A DNA stretch of 37,792 nucleotides from Halothiobacillaceae bacterium (GTDB taxonomy: Bacteria > Pseudomonadota > Gammaproteobacteria > Halothiobacillales > Halothiobacillaceae): the NCBI GenBank assembly GCA_049969375.1, contig JBMFOY010000001.1, positions 1 to 37,792 of the forward strand. The letters run 5' to 3'. Shown piece after piece: positions 9,369 to 20,273 of the stretch. The position numbers were made by a program, and so were the translations under genes. The notes under the pieces were generated by a model, which worked only from the letters and a program-made list of their open reading frames with translations, had not been told where the DNA came from and ran no database searches. Numbering within the stretch: the stretch's first letter is position 1; each line of letters starts with the position of its first letter.

Positions 9369-9395
9369 AAAAAATGGCGCGGACGGGCCGCGCCA
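9369..9395 (-). terminator. Intrinsic terminator of the sRNA candidate
   Basis: TGGCGCGG-CCCGT-CCGCGCCA-TTTTTT on the minus strand. Confidence 0.85.
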
Positions 9396-9451
9396 AAGAA
9401 ACCACCAAAGGAAGATCGGAGCATGACTCCGCACTGACTCAAGAATCAGTG
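9369..9451 (-). ncRNA. Candidate ~83-nt small RNA of unknown family
   Basis: Own promoter (9458-9486), two 5' hairpins, a pyrimidine-rich single-stranded segment and an intrinsic terminator, with no credible ORF inside. Confidence 0.62.
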
Positions 9452-9457
9452 AGCTCT

Positions 9458-9486
9458 AATATACTAACCCACCCTAGAAGGGTCAA
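9458..9486 (-). promoter_or_regulatory. Near-consensus sigma70 promoter
   Basis: TTGACC-17 nt-TATATT, matching 5/6 and 5/6 to TTGACA/TATAAT. Confidence 0.75.
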
Positions 9487-9539
9487 CGCAGTTTGTTCTG
9501 ATCTTGCATAAAGGCTTTTTGTCCCGCACCTTTGCCTGC

Positions 9540-10754
9540 ATGCACTCTAACCCCACCCCTGAACACGACCTGAGCGCCACACAGCAATGCGTGATGTGCG
9601 GCATGTGCGTGCCGCACTGCCCGACCTACGCACTGACCCGCAACGAGGCCGACGGCCCGCGCGGGCGCATCGCCCTGATGCTCGGCATGCACCAAGGGCG
9701 ACTGGAGCCGGATGAGGAAACCATCGCGCATCTCACGGGCTGCCTGAGCTGCCGGGCCTGCGAGCGCATCTGCCCGTCCAAGGTGCCCTACGGCCAGTTA
9801 ATCGATGCCGCGCGCACACGCATCGCTCAAAGCCACCACCCTGCCGAGCACCGCATGGCCTGGCTGCGCGACCGGGTGCTGCTGCATCCCATGCGCCTGC
9901 GCCTGCTCGGCCTTCTGCTGCGCCTGGTCCAGCGCCTGCGACTCGATCGCATCCCCCTACCTCGCCAACTGGCACGCCTCGCCCGCATCTCCCCGGCACT
10001 GCCCCCCGCCCTGCGTCCGCGGGCGGACTATCCGGCCACGGGCCCGCGTCAGGGGGCCGTCGGTCTGTTCCTCGGCTGCATGGGCCCGGTGTTCGAGGCG
10101 GAGAATCTGCGCGCGGCCATCCGCGTGCTGAATGCCTGGGGCTATGACGTGTTCATCCCTGAAAGCCAGGGCTGCTGTGGCGCCATGCACCAGCATGGCG
10201 GCGACACGGCGCGCGGGACAGCCATGGCCGCTGACGTGGAAGCCTCATTCCAGCACCTCACGCTGGATGCGGTGGTGGGCGTGAGCAGCGGGTGCATAGC
10301 CCAGCTTGCGGAACACACCGACCTGCCGGTGTTCGAGCTGAGCGACTTCCTCGTGCGCCATGTCCCCGCCACGCTACCCGACCTGCGGCGCATGGAGAGG
10401 ACGGTCGCGGTGCATCTGCCCTGTACCCAGCGCAACGTGCTGCGCAGCGCGGACAGCGCCCTGCGCCTTTTACGCCTGATCCCCGGGCTTTCCGTGGTCG
10501 AGCTGCCAGGCAATGACCGTTGCTGTGGTGCGGCGGGCACCCACATGCTCACCCACCCCGAGCAGGCCGATGCCCTGCGTGCGCCGAAGATCGAAGCCTT
10601 CCGCACGCTCGGGGCCGATCGGCTTTGCAGCACCAATGTGGGCTGTGCCATGCACCTGGGCGCCGGGCTGCGCGAGACGGAACGCTCGGCGGAGGTCATC
10701 CATCCCGTGCGTCTGTTGGTCGAGGCGCTGGCTGATCCAGGGGGCGTAGCGTAA
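9540..10754 (+). CDS. GlcF-like Fe-S oxidoreductase (two ferredoxin-type motifs plus CCG domains)
   Basis: CVMCGMCVPHCP, CLSCRACERICP, GCCGA, RCCGAAG and TNVGCAMH. No glcD/glcE adjacent. Start 9540 or 9504. Confidence 0.88.
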   Translation: MHSNPTPEHDLSATQQCVMCGMCVPHCPTYALTRNEADGPRGRIALMLGMHQGRLEPDEETIAHLTGCLSCRACERICPSKVPYGQLIDAARTRIAQSHHPAEHRMAWLRDRVLLHPMRLRLLGLLLRLVQRLRLDRIPLPRQLARLARISPALPPALRPRADYPATGPRQGAVGLFLGCMGPVFEAENLRAAIRVLNAWGYDVFIPESQGCCGAMHQHGGDTARGTAMAADVEASFQHLTLDAVVGVSSGCIAQLAEHTDLPVFELSDFLVRHVPATLPDLRRMERTVAVHLPCTQRNVLRSADSALRLLRLIPGLSVVELPGNDRCCGAAGTHMLTHPEQADALRAPKIEAFRTLGADRLCSTNVGCAMHLGAGLRETERSAEVIHPVRLLVEALADPGGVA

Positions 10755-10832
10755 GGCTCGAGCTGCACGAGGCCCGCCCCCCGAGTCGGTGACTTCAGGC
10801 AGGCCATGCGGGCTGTCTGGCCTCCAGATGTG

Positions 10833-10854
10833 AAAAGGCCCTCCGCAGAGGGCC
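10833..10854 (-). terminator. Probable terminator of speD
   Basis: GGCCCTC-TGCG-GAGGGCC-TTTT on the minus strand, 24 nt after the speD stop. Confidence 0.7.
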
Positions 10855-10878
10855 ATGAAACTGGGGCTGGACGGAGGC

Positions 10879-11706
10879 TCAGCCCATGTCCGGCATATTG
10901 CGGCCGTAGAAGATCTCCTGCATCTCCTTGCGCAGCGATCGCTCAATGCCCACCAGCTCCGCGGGCGCATAGTCCTCGCGCACATGACCGAACAGGTAGT
11001 TGTCGAGATCGAACTCCTTGAGCAGCATCTTGGTGTGGAAGATGTTCTCCTGGTACACGTTGACGTCGATCATCTGGTAGCGACGGCGCGTATCCTCGGA
11101 CATGAAGTTCTGGATCGAGTTGATGTTGTGGTCGATGAAGTGCTTCTTGCCATGCACGTCGCGAGTGAAGCCGCGTACCCGGTAGTCGATGGTGACGATA
11201 TCCGAGTCGAAGCTGTGGATCAGGTAGTTCAGCGCGCGCAGTGGTGAGATGCGCCCGCAGGTTGAGACCTCGATGTCCGCGCGGAAGGTGCTGATGCCGT
11301 TCTCCGGGTGGCTCTCCGGGTAGGTATGGACGGTCAGGTGGCTCTTGTCGAGATGGCCGACCACGCTGCTGGCCACCTTGGTCCCGCCCAGGGGGCCTGG
11401 GGCCTCCACGTTGCCGTTTTCCTTGTTCAAGATCTCGGCCGCGACTGGCTCCTCAGACACCAGGATGGTCACACTCGCGCCTTGGGGATCGTAGTCCTGG
11501 CGCGCGATGTTGAGGATATTCGCACCGATCATCTCAGTGACGTCGGTGAGGATCTGAGTCAGGCGATCGGCGTTGTAGACCTCGTCGATGTAGGCGATGT
11601 ATTCATCCACATGCCGACGGGTCTTGGCGTAGCAGATGTCGTAGATGGAGAAGCTGAGGGTCTTGCTCAGGTTGTTGAAGCCATGCAGTTTCAGGCCCTT
11701 GTCCAA
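10879..11706 (-). CDS. speD: S-adenosylmethionine decarboxylase proenzyme
   Basis: [15 protein letters not shown], self-cleavage site HLDK|SH, TYPESHP and STCG. Probable TTG start at 11706 behind GGAGG. Confidence 0.96.
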   Translation of the reverse strand: MDKGLKLHGFNNLSKTLSFSIYDICYAKTRRHVDEYIAYIDEVYNADRLTQILTDVTEMIGANILNIARQDYDPQGASVTILVSEEPVAAEILNKENGNVEAPGPLGGTKVASSVVGHLDKSHLTVHTYPESHPENGISTFRADIEVSTCGRISPLRALNYLIHSFDSDIVTIDYRVRGFTRDVHGKKHFIDHNINSIQNFMSEDTRRRYQMIDVNVYQENIFHTKMLLKEFDLDNYLFGHVREDYAPAELVGIERSLRKEMQEIFYGRNMPDMG

Positions 11707-11780
11707 TTCCTTCACCCTCCGGTCAATAGGGGTTGAAAAAGGGCCGGATTCTAGGTCATCCACCCCGGGGGAGGAACCCC

Positions 11781-12197
11781 TTATTCCCCAACAATTTCAA
11801 AGTCGTGCGTGATCTCGGCGGTCTTGTTGAGCATGTGCGAGACCGAACAATACTTGTCTGCCGACAGGTTCACCGCCCGCTCGACCGCCTTCGGGTCCAG
11901 CCCCGCGCCCTTGACGATGAAGTGCACGTGGATCTTGGTGAACACCTTAGGATGCGTGTCCGCGCGTTCCGCGCTGACCTCGATGATGCAGTCACGCACC
12001 GGCTGGCGCTGTTTCTGCAGGATCATCACCACGTCGATGGAGGTGCAGCCACCAAGACCCAGCAGAACCAGCTCGGTCGGGCGCGGACCGATGTTGCGGC
12101 CGCCGATGTCGGGCGCGCCGTCCATCACCAGGGCATGGCCGCTTTCGGTCTCCCCCATGAAGGCCATGCCGTCAACCCATTGCACACGTGCTTTCAT
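11781..12197 (-). CDS. OsmC-family protein (YhfA-like)
   Basis: [20 protein letters not shown] ... LSADKYCSV. Confidence 0.9.
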   Translation of the reverse strand: MKARVQWVDGMAFMGETESGHALVMDGAPDIGGRNIGPRPTELVLLGLGGCTSIDVVMILQKQRQPVRDCIIEVSAERADTHPKVFTKIHVHFIVKGAGLDPKAVERAVNLSADKYCSVSHMLNKTAEITHDFEIVGE

Positions 12198-12199
12198 GC

Positions 12200-13009
12200 T
12201 CAGTCCTCCTCGAAGAAAAGTTGATGGAGCTTGGCCCCCGGGTCGTCCGCACGCATGAAGGCCTCACCGACCAGGAAGGCATGCACGCCGTGGCGGCGCA
12301 TGAGGGTCACGTCGTCGCGACCGTGGATGCCGCTCTCGGTGACCAGAAGCACGCCCGCAGGCAGCATGTCGAGCATGTTCAGGGTGGTGTCCAGGCTGAC
12401 CTCGAAGGTGCGCAGGCTACGGTTGTTGATGCCGACCAGCTCAGCCCCGATCGAGAGCGCCAGCGCCATCTCCTCGCGGTCGTGCGTCTCAACCAGCACG
12501 TCCATGCCGAGCTCGACGGCGAGGTTGTGCAACTCGTGCAGGGTGGCGGGATCCAGGGCCGAGACAATCAGCAGGATGCAGTCCGCGCCGATCGCGCGGG
12601 CCTCGTAGACCTGGTAGGGGTCGATGATGAAGTCCTTGCGGATCACCGGAAGCGTACAGGCGGCGCGCGCCTCCTGAAGATAGGACTCGCTGCCCTGGAA
12701 GAAGTCGCGGTCGGTCAGCACCGACAGGCAGGCTGCCCCGCCCCGCTCGTAACTTACGGCGATCTCGGCCGGCCGGAAGTCCTCGCGCAGCACGCCCTTG
12801 CTCGGGCTGGCCTTCTTGATCTCAGCGATCACCGCAGGCATCCCCCGGGCAATGCAGGCCTTCAGGGCAGCGCGAAAGCCGCGGGGCTGATCATTGCGCG
12901 CCTCAATGCGCTGGATCAGGTCATGCACCGGGGTGCGCACGCAGCGCTCGGCGATTTCCTCGCGCTTGCGCTTGAGGATGGTCTGGAGGATATCGGGCGT
13001 CTTACTCAT
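12200..13009 (-). CDS. trpC: Indole-3-glycerol phosphate synthase
   Basis: [30 protein letters not shown] and ESGI. Confidence 0.97.
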   Translation of the reverse strand: MSKTPDILQTILKRKREEIAERCVRTPVHDLIQRIEARNDQPRGFRAALKACIARGMPAVIAEIKKASPSKGVLREDFRPAEIAVSYERGGAACLSVLTDRDFFQGSESYLQEARAACTLPVIRKDFIIDPYQVYEARAIGADCILLIVSALDPATLHELHNLAVELGMDVLVETHDREEMALALSIGAELVGINNRSLRTFEVSLDTTLNMLDMLPAGVLLVTESGIHGRDDVTLMRRHGVHAFLVGEAFMRADDPGAKLHQLFFEED

Positions 13010-14028
13010 GCGAAAGCCTGTTGGGTGAATGCAGCGTAGGCCGTAAGGCGTTCCCAGGCCGCGCCGGTCGTCTGGATCTTCAGCGCGCGCGCCACGCCGT
13101 CTTCAAGGGTCGGAGCAAGACCCGCGAGATAGATGGCCGCGCCGGCGTTGAAAGCCACGATGTCGCGCGCAGGACCGGGCTGGCCGGTCAGGGCCTCACG
13201 CACCTTCTCCAGGCTCTCGTGTGCGGAAGCCACGCGCAGTGTGTCCAGGCTGGCACGGGCGAGGCCGACATCCTCCGGCCGCAGGATGTAGTCGGTGACG
13301 ACACCGTCCTTCAGCTCGCTCACGCGGGTCGGCGAGGCCACGCTGAACTCGTCCAGGCCGTCTTCGGCATGCACCACCAGGGCGTGCTCGCTGCCGAGCG
13401 CCCGCAACACCTCGGCCAGCGGTCGGCGCCAGCGCTCGCTGTACACGCCGAGCACCTGGCGCTTCGCCCCGGCCGGGTTGGCCAGCGGGCCGAGCACATT
13501 GAACAGGGTGCGCACGCCGAGCTCGCGGCGCGGTGCGATGACATGGCGCATGGCGCCGTGGTGCTGGGGCGCGAACATGAAGCCGACACCGAGCGAGCAC
13601 ACCGCACGGGCGATGAGCTCAAACGGCGCATCAAGGCGACAACCCGCCACCTCGAGCAGGTCGGCGCTGCCGGTGGTGCTGGAGACCGAACGGTTGCCAT
13701 GCTTGGCCACCTTGCCGCCCGCCGCCGCCAGGACGAAACAGCTCGCGGTGGAGATGTTGAAGGTGTGCGCCCCGTCTCCGCCGGTACCGACGATATCGAC
13801 CAGCGGTCCGCAAGGAATCTCGACCTTGGCGGCGAATTCGCGCATCACCCCGGCGGCGGCGGCCACCTCCTCGACCGTCTCCCCCTTGACCGCGAGCCCG
13901 ATGAGCAGGCCGCCGATCTGCGCCGGGGTGGCCTCGCCGCCCATCAAGAGGCGCATGACGGCGGCCATTTCGTCGTGACGCAAGTCGCGCCGCTCAAGCA
14001 GGGCACGCAGGGCAGAAGGCATATCCAT
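13006..14028 (-). CDS. trpD: Anthranilate phosphoribosyltransferase
   Basis: [31 protein letters not shown] and DGLDE. Confidence 0.97.
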   Translation of the reverse strand: MDMPSALRALLERRDLRHDEMAAVMRLLMGGEATPAQIGGLLIGLAVKGETVEEVAAAAGVMREFAAKVEIPCGPLVDIVGTGGDGAHTFNISTASCFVLAAAGGKVAKHGNRSVSSTTGSADLLEVAGCRLDAPFELIARAVCSLGVGFMFAPQHHGAMRHVIAPRRELGVRTLFNVLGPLANPAGAKRQVLGVYSERWRRPLAEVLRALGSEHALVVHAEDGLDEFSVASPTRVSELKDGVVTDYILRPEDVGLARASLDTLRVASAHESLEKVREALTGQPGPARDIVAFNAGAAIYLAGLAPTLEDGVARALKIQTTGAAWERLTAYAAFTQQAFA

Positions 14029-14037
14029 CAGCTCACC

Positions 14038-14679
14038 TCAAGGCAACGCGGCGGTCGATGCGTTCGGCAAAACCGGTTTGCCACGCACTCCCCCCCGCAT
14101 GGCGAGGAAGTTGCGCAGCATGTCATGACCATGTTCGGTCAGGATCGACTCGGGGTGGAACTGCACGCCCTCGATGGTGTATTCGCGGTGCTGCACGCCC
14201 ATGATCTCCTCGAACGAGCCGTCCGGATGCGTGGTCCAGGCGGTGATCTCGAGGCATTCCGGCAAGCTCTCGCGCTCGATCACCAGCGAGTGGTAGCGCG
14301 TCGCCTCGAACGGGTTCGGCAGGCCGGCGAACACGCCCTTGCCCGCGTGGAACACCTGCGAGGTCTTGCCGTGCATGATCTGCTTGGCGCGGATGATATT
14401 GCCACCGAAGGCCTGGCCGATGGCCTGGTGGCCGAGGCACACGCCGAAGATCGGCAGCTTGCCGGCGAAATGGCGGATCGCCGCCACCGAGATGCCGGCC
14501 TCGCTCGGGCTACAGGGGCCGGGAGAGATCATCAGGTGGCTGGGCGCCATGCGCTCGATGTCCTCCAGGGTGATGGCATCGTTGCGATGCACATCCACCT
14601 CGGCCCCAAGCTCGCCCAGGTACTGGACGAGGTTGTAGGTGAAGGAATCGTAGTTATCGATCATCAAAACCTTGGCCAT
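14038..14679 (-). CDS. trpG: Anthranilate synthase component II (glutamine amidotransferase)
   Basis: [25 protein letters not shown] and GVQFHPES; lies between trpE and trpD. Confidence 0.95.
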   Translation of the reverse strand: MAKVLMIDNYDSFTYNLVQYLGELGAEVDVHRNDAITLEDIERMAPSHLMISPGPCSPSEAGISVAAIRHFAGKLPIFGVCLGHQAIGQAFGGNIIRAKQIMHGKTSQVFHAGKGVFAGLPNPFEATRYHSLVIERESLPECLEITAWTTHPDGSFEEIMGVQHREYTIEGVQFHPESILTEHGHDMLRNFLAMRGGVRGKPVLPNASTAALP

Positions 14680-14681
14680 CG

Positions 14682-16166
14682 TCACCCCTCCACCTGCGCA
14701 GGTTCCAAGCCCGCCTCCGCTAGGGCGACCGCACGGAAGATCGCCCGCCCCTTGTTCATGGTCTCCTTCCATTCCAGCTCCGGTACGGAGTCGTACACCA
14801 CCCCGGCGCCGGCCTGGATGTGCAGCTCGCCGTTCTTGACCACCGCGGTGCGGATGGCAATGGCGGTGTCCATCGCCCCGTTCCAGCCAAGGTAGCCGAC
14901 CGCACCCGCATAGACGCCGCGCTTGACCGGCTCCAGCTCGTCGATGATCTCCATCGCTCGCACCTTGGGTGCGCCGGACACGGTCCCTGCCGGGAAGGTG
15001 GCGCGCAGCACATCCATTGAGGACAGGCCGGCGCGCAGCCTACCGGTTACGTTGGAGACGATGTGCATCACATGCGAGTAACGCTCGATCACCATCTTCT
15101 CGGTCAGGCGCACGCTGCCGGTCTCACACACCCGGCCGATGTCATTGCGGCCAAGGTCGATCAGCATCAGGTGCTCGGCGCGCTCCTTCGGGTCGGCCAA
15201 AAGCTCGACCTCGAAGGCGCGATCCTCATCCTCCGTACGTCCGCGGCGGCGGGTACCCGCGATCGGGCGCACGGTGACCTCGTCATGCGCAAGGCGCACG
15301 AGGATCTCGGGCGAGGAACCGACGACCGCCATGTCCCCAAGGTTGAGGTGGAACATGTAGGGCGAGGGATTGAGGCCGCGCAGGGCACGATACAGGTCGA
15401 GCGGTCGCGCGGAAAACGGGATGCTCAGGCGCTGCGAGAGCACGACCTGCATCACATCCCCGGCGGCGATGTACTCCTTGGCCTTGAGCACCGCCTGCTT
15501 GAAACCGTCCTCGGTGAAACCGGAGACGAAGTCGGCCTCGCTCACCTCACGCGGGGCGTGGGCCGGGCGCGGATGGGCAAGCGGCTGGCGCAGGCGGGCC
15601 TCGAGCGCATCCAGGCGCGCCTCGGCCGCCTCCAGCCCCTCCGGCAGCGCGTGTACAATCAGCTGCATGCGCCCACGCAGGTTGTCGAACACCACCAGCT
15701 CGTCGGACAGCATGAACAGAATGTCCGGCGCGCCGATCGGATCCGGCTTCTCAACCCCCGCCAGGCGCGGTTCGATGTAACGGATGGTGTCGTAGCCGAA
15801 ATAGCCGACCAGCCCGCCGGCAAAGCGCGGCAGTCCCGCAAGCTCGGGCACCCGGAAGCGCTTCTGGAAGGCCTCGATAAAGGCCAGCGGATCACGCACC
15901 TCGGCCTCCTCGATGGGTCGGCCACCCTCCTCCACCGTCACCGCATGGTCGCGCACCCGGAGCACGGTACGAGCCGGCAGGCCGATGATGGAGTAGCGTC
16001 CCCACTTCTCGCCGCCCTGCACGGATTCGAACAGGTAGCTGTAGGGGGCATTGGCGAGCTTGAGGTAGGTGGAGAGGGGGGTATCGAGATCGGCGAGGAC
16101 CTCGCGCACCACGGGGATGCGGTTGTAGCCCTCGCGGCAGAATTGTTCGAACTGTTCAGGACGCAT
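14682..16166 (-). CDS. trpE: Anthranilate synthase component I
   Basis: [39 protein letters not shown] and [11 protein letters not shown]. Confidence 0.97.
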   Translation of the reverse strand: MRPEQFEQFCREGYNRIPVVREVLADLDTPLSTYLKLANAPYSYLFESVQGGEKWGRYSIIGLPARTVLRVRDHAVTVEEGGRPIEEAEVRDPLAFIEAFQKRFRVPELAGLPRFAGGLVGYFGYDTIRYIEPRLAGVEKPDPIGAPDILFMLSDELVVFDNLRGRMQLIVHALPEGLEAAEARLDALEARLRQPLAHPRPAHAPREVSEADFVSGFTEDGFKQAVLKAKEYIAAGDVMQVVLSQRLSIPFSARPLDLYRALRGLNPSPYMFHLNLGDMAVVGSSPEILVRLAHDEVTVRPIAGTRRRGRTEDEDRAFEVELLADPKERAEHLMLIDLGRNDIGRVCETGSVRLTEKMVIERYSHVMHIVSNVTGRLRAGLSSMDVLRATFPAGTVSGAPKVRAMEIIDELEPVKRGVYAGAVGYLGWNGAMDTAIAIRTAVVKNGELHIQAGAGVVYDSVPELEWKETMNKGRAIFRAVALAEAGLEPAQVEG

Positions 16167-16208
16167 GTCGGAACCTCAGGAAAACAGGCGGATACGGGAT
16201 AAGGCGGC

Positions 16209-16259
16209 TCATGCACCGCGCCATCGCGTCCCCCGCCAGGTCTCCCGGAAGCGTTTCAT
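16209..16259 (-). CDS. Putative trp leader peptide MKRFRETWRGTRWRGA (16 aa)
   Basis: ATG overlaps the gph TGA (ATGA); two Trp codons; ends 42 nt before the trpE start. Confidence 0.65.
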   Translation of the reverse strand: MKRFRETWRGTRWRGA

Positions 16260-16933
16260 GAAGGCTTCACCAGTTCCTTCAGCTCGACCATGGAGTCGAT
16301 CACCGCATCCGGATGGTAGTTGCGGATGTCCTCGCCATGGTTGTAGCCGTAGCTCATGCAGACGATGTTGAAACCCGCAGCGCGCGCGGCCTTCACATCG
16401 GAGATCGAGTCCCCCACCATCAGGGCCTCGTGCGGGGCGCAGTGGAACCAGCCGGCGGCGTAGAACAGCGGCCCCGGGTCCGGCTTCTTGACCGGCAGGG
16501 TATCGCCGGAGATCACCGTCTCGAACGCATCGAGGACGCCGAGATCCTTCAGCAGCGGCACGGTGAAGCGCTCGGCCTTGTTGGTCACGCAGCCCATGCG
16601 CAGGCCCAGGGACTTCACGTGCTCCAGCCCCTCCTTGACCCCCGGAAAGAGGAAGGAGCGGTCGGAGGTGTTATTGAGGTACAACTGATTGAAGATCGGC
16701 ATGGCCCGCGCAAACAGGACCGCATCGGGCTTGCCGTTCAGGTCATTGGTCAGCGCACGCTCGACCAGGCGCTCGACGCCGTTACCAACCCAGTTGCGTA
16801 CGGCCGCTTCGCCGCGCACGGGCATGTCGAGGAGCTTCATCATCTCGTCCACGCAGTAGGCGAGATCGGGCACGCTGTCGATCAGGGTGCCGTCCAGGTC
16901 GAACAGCACCATCTTCGGGGCAAAGGTCTTCAT
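16256..16933 (-). CDS. gph: Phosphoglycolate phosphatase (HAD family)
   Basis: FDLDGTLIDS, VTNK, KKPDP and VGDS; rpe-gph-trpE context. Confidence 0.95.
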   Translation of the reverse strand: MKTFAPKMVLFDLDGTLIDSVPDLAYCVDEMMKLLDMPVRGEAAVRNWVGNGVERLVERALTNDLNGKPDAVLFARAMPIFNQLYLNNTSDRSFLFPGVKEGLEHVKSLGLRMGCVTNKAERFTVPLLKDLGVLDAFETVISGDTLPVKKPDPGPLFYAAGWFHCAPHEALMVGDSISDVKAARAAGFNIVCMSYGYNHGEDIRNYHPDAVIDSMVELKELVKPS

Positions 16934-16936
16934 GCC

Positions 16937-17629
16937 TTAGCCACCGACCTTGGCCAGCTCGTCGCGCATAGCTTTGATTACGGAGTCGTAGCGGTGCGGG
17001 TCGGAGTCCTTGGCGGCGCCGAAGATCGCAGAGCCGGCCACGAAGGTGTCCACACCGGCCTCCGCCACCTCGCGGATATTGGCCGGGCCCACGCCGCCGT
17101 CGATCTCCAGACGGCAGTCATAGCCGCCCGCATCGATCATGGCACGGACCTTGCGAGCCTTGTCCAGCACGTAGGGGATGAACTTCTGCCCACCGAAGCC
17201 CGGGTTGACCGACATCAGCAGGACCATATCCAGCTTGGGCAGGGTGTACTCCAGCACGTCCAGCGGGGTGGCCGGGTTGAACACGAGGCCCGCCTTGCAG
17301 CCGGAATCCTTGATCAGGCTGATGGTGCGGTCGATGTGCTCGGAGGCCTCCGGATGGAAGGTGATGTAGGTGGCGCCGGCCTTGGCGAAGTCCGGGATGA
17401 TGCGGTCCACCGGCTTGACCATCAGGTGCACGTCGATCGGCGCGGTCACGCCGTGCTTGCGCAAAGCCTCACACACCAGCGGGCCGATGGTCAGGTTTGG
17501 CACGTAGTGGTTGTCCATCACGTCGAAGTGGACGATGTCGGCACCGGCGGCCAGCACGTTGTCCACTTCCTCGCCAAGCTTGGCGAAATTGGCGGAGAGG
17601 ATGGACGGGGCGATAAGGAACTTCGACAT
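16937..17629 (-). CDS. rpe: Ribulose-phosphate 3-epimerase
   Basis: [36 protein letters not shown] and EIDGG; start ATG 17629. Confidence 0.98.
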   Translation of the reverse strand: MSKFLIAPSILSANFAKLGEEVDNVLAAGADIVHFDVMDNHYVPNLTIGPLVCEALRKHGVTAPIDVHLMVKPVDRIIPDFAKAGATYITFHPEASEHIDRTISLIKDSGCKAGLVFNPATPLDVLEYTLPKLDMVLLMSVNPGFGGQKFIPYVLDKARKVRAMIDAGGYDCRLEIDGGVGPANIREVAEAGVDTFVAGSAIFGAAKDSDPHRYDSVIKAMRDELAKVGG

Positions 17630-17695
17630 GGGAGGACTCCAGAAATGGCCAAAAGATCGGCCAAATGTACCCCAACCGCCCCCCGAATTCACCTT

Positions 17696-17761
17696 GGGAA
17701 ACGCTGAAAAAATCCATCCATGGATTTTTTCAGCGCGTCTTATCAAGGCGCATGTCCGCGA
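17696..17761 (-). repeat. Partial copy C of the MITE-like repeat
   Basis: Reverse complement matches 5928-5993 at 62/66 and includes the hairpin GCTGAAAAAATCC-ATGGAT-GGATTTTTTCAGC. Confidence 0.9.
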
Positions 17762-17776
17762 CGGCCTCCGCCCCTG

Positions 17777-18079
17777 TTACTTCCGTGGCAGGGTGGCGAT
17801 GAAAGCCAGAAGATCCTCAAGCTGCGGCTCGTTCAGGCTTTTCGCCATCTCCACCATCACTTTATGCCCCATACCTGCGCGGTAGTTCTGCATCATGGCG
17901 GCATAGGCCTCGATGGGCTTGGAGGTAAGGTTGGGAAACATGGGCGGCACACCTTGCCCCTGCCCCCCGTGGCAGAGGGCGCAGTGGGCCTTGTAGAGGG
18001 CCTTGCCGGTCTCGGGGTTACCCTCGGCGTGAACCAGCGCGGGCATGAGAAGAGCCAGGAGAAGAAGGCTTCGTAGCAT
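17777..18079 (-). CDS. Small periplasmic monoheme class I cytochrome c (c553-like)
   Basis: Signal peptide (MLRSLLLLALLMPALVHA), CALCH heme motif and candidate distal Met in VMVEMA; SD GAGG before ATG 18079. Confidence 0.88.
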   Translation of the reverse strand: MLRSLLLLALLMPALVHAEGNPETGKALYKAHCALCHGGQGQGVPPMFPNLTSKPIEAYAAMMQNYRAGMGHKVMVEMAKSLNEPQLEDLLAFIATLPRK

Positions 18080-18168
18080 GCGCACGACCTCATCATGCAG
18101 GATGAATATTTTCATTTGATCATAAATGCGATTCATGGAGCAAAGGTGCGATATGCCGCCTTAAACGC

Positions 18169-18193
18169 AAAAAGCCCCGCACGGGGCGGGGCT
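18169..18193 (-). terminator. groESL intrinsic terminator
   Basis: AGCCCCGC-CCCGT-GCGGGGCT-TTTT on the minus strand. Confidence 0.85.
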
Positions 18194-18220
18194 CTGATAA
18201 GGATGGGACGTCCGGGATGA

Positions 18221-19864
<1,644 letters not shown>

Positions 19865-19898
19865 CTAAAAATGGGGAATAGCGGATTGCAGTCTGGAA

Positions 19899-20189
19899 TT
19901 ACTTCTCGATCACGGCGAGGATATCGTCCTCACTCATCATCAGCAGCTCTTCGCCGTCGACCTTGACCTTGGTGCCGGCATACTGGCCGAACAGGACCTG
20001 GTCACCGACCTTCACGCCGATCGGACGAAGCTCGCCCTTGTCGTTGCTCTTGCCCGGACCGGTGGCGATGACTTCGCCACGATTCGGTTTCTCTGCCGCG
20101 CTGCCCGGCAGGACGATGCCGCTGGCGGTGGTGAGCTCTTCCTCGACACGCTTGATCAGGACACGATCATGCAAAGGACGGATCTTCAT
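19899..20189 (-). CDS. groS: Co-chaperonin GroES
   Basis: [14 protein letters not shown] ... [13 protein letters not shown]. Confidence 0.99.
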   Translation of the reverse strand: MKIRPLHDRVLIKRVEEELTTASGIVLPGSAAEKPNRGEVIATGPGKSNDKGELRPIGVKVGDQVLFGQYAGTKVKVDGEELLMMSEDDILAVIEK

Positions 20190-20244
20190 GGTTCACACTC
20201 TCTTGGCATACGTTGAGTTGGTGGTTGAGCATCGAGGGTCGTTG

Positions 20245-20271
20245 TTAGCACTCGATGCAGGCGAGTGCCAA
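20245..20271. promoter_or_regulatory. CIRCE operator (HrcA binding site)
   Basis: TTAGCACTC-N9-GAGTGCCAA, one mismatch to TTAGCACTC-N9-GAGTGCTAA. Confidence 0.93.
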
Positions 20272-20273
20272 TC

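Noticed and set aside
9108-9437. Short ORFs across the rplM upstream region (9108..9437 +, 9216..9434 -)
   Set aside because: They overlap rplM or cross a strong terminator and have atypical composition; the RNA interpretation fits better.
9369-9451. sRNA candidate as a CsrB/RsmY-type sponge or a tRNA
   Set aside because: It lacks repeated GGA loops and has no cloverleaf, T-loop or CCA signature.
13021-14895. Long opposite-strand ORFs (also 2560..3684, 16313..17707, 18551..19966, 23663..25651, 33094..34626)
   Set aside because: Antisense shadows of well-identified genes, expected in GC-rich DNA; no recognisable motifs.
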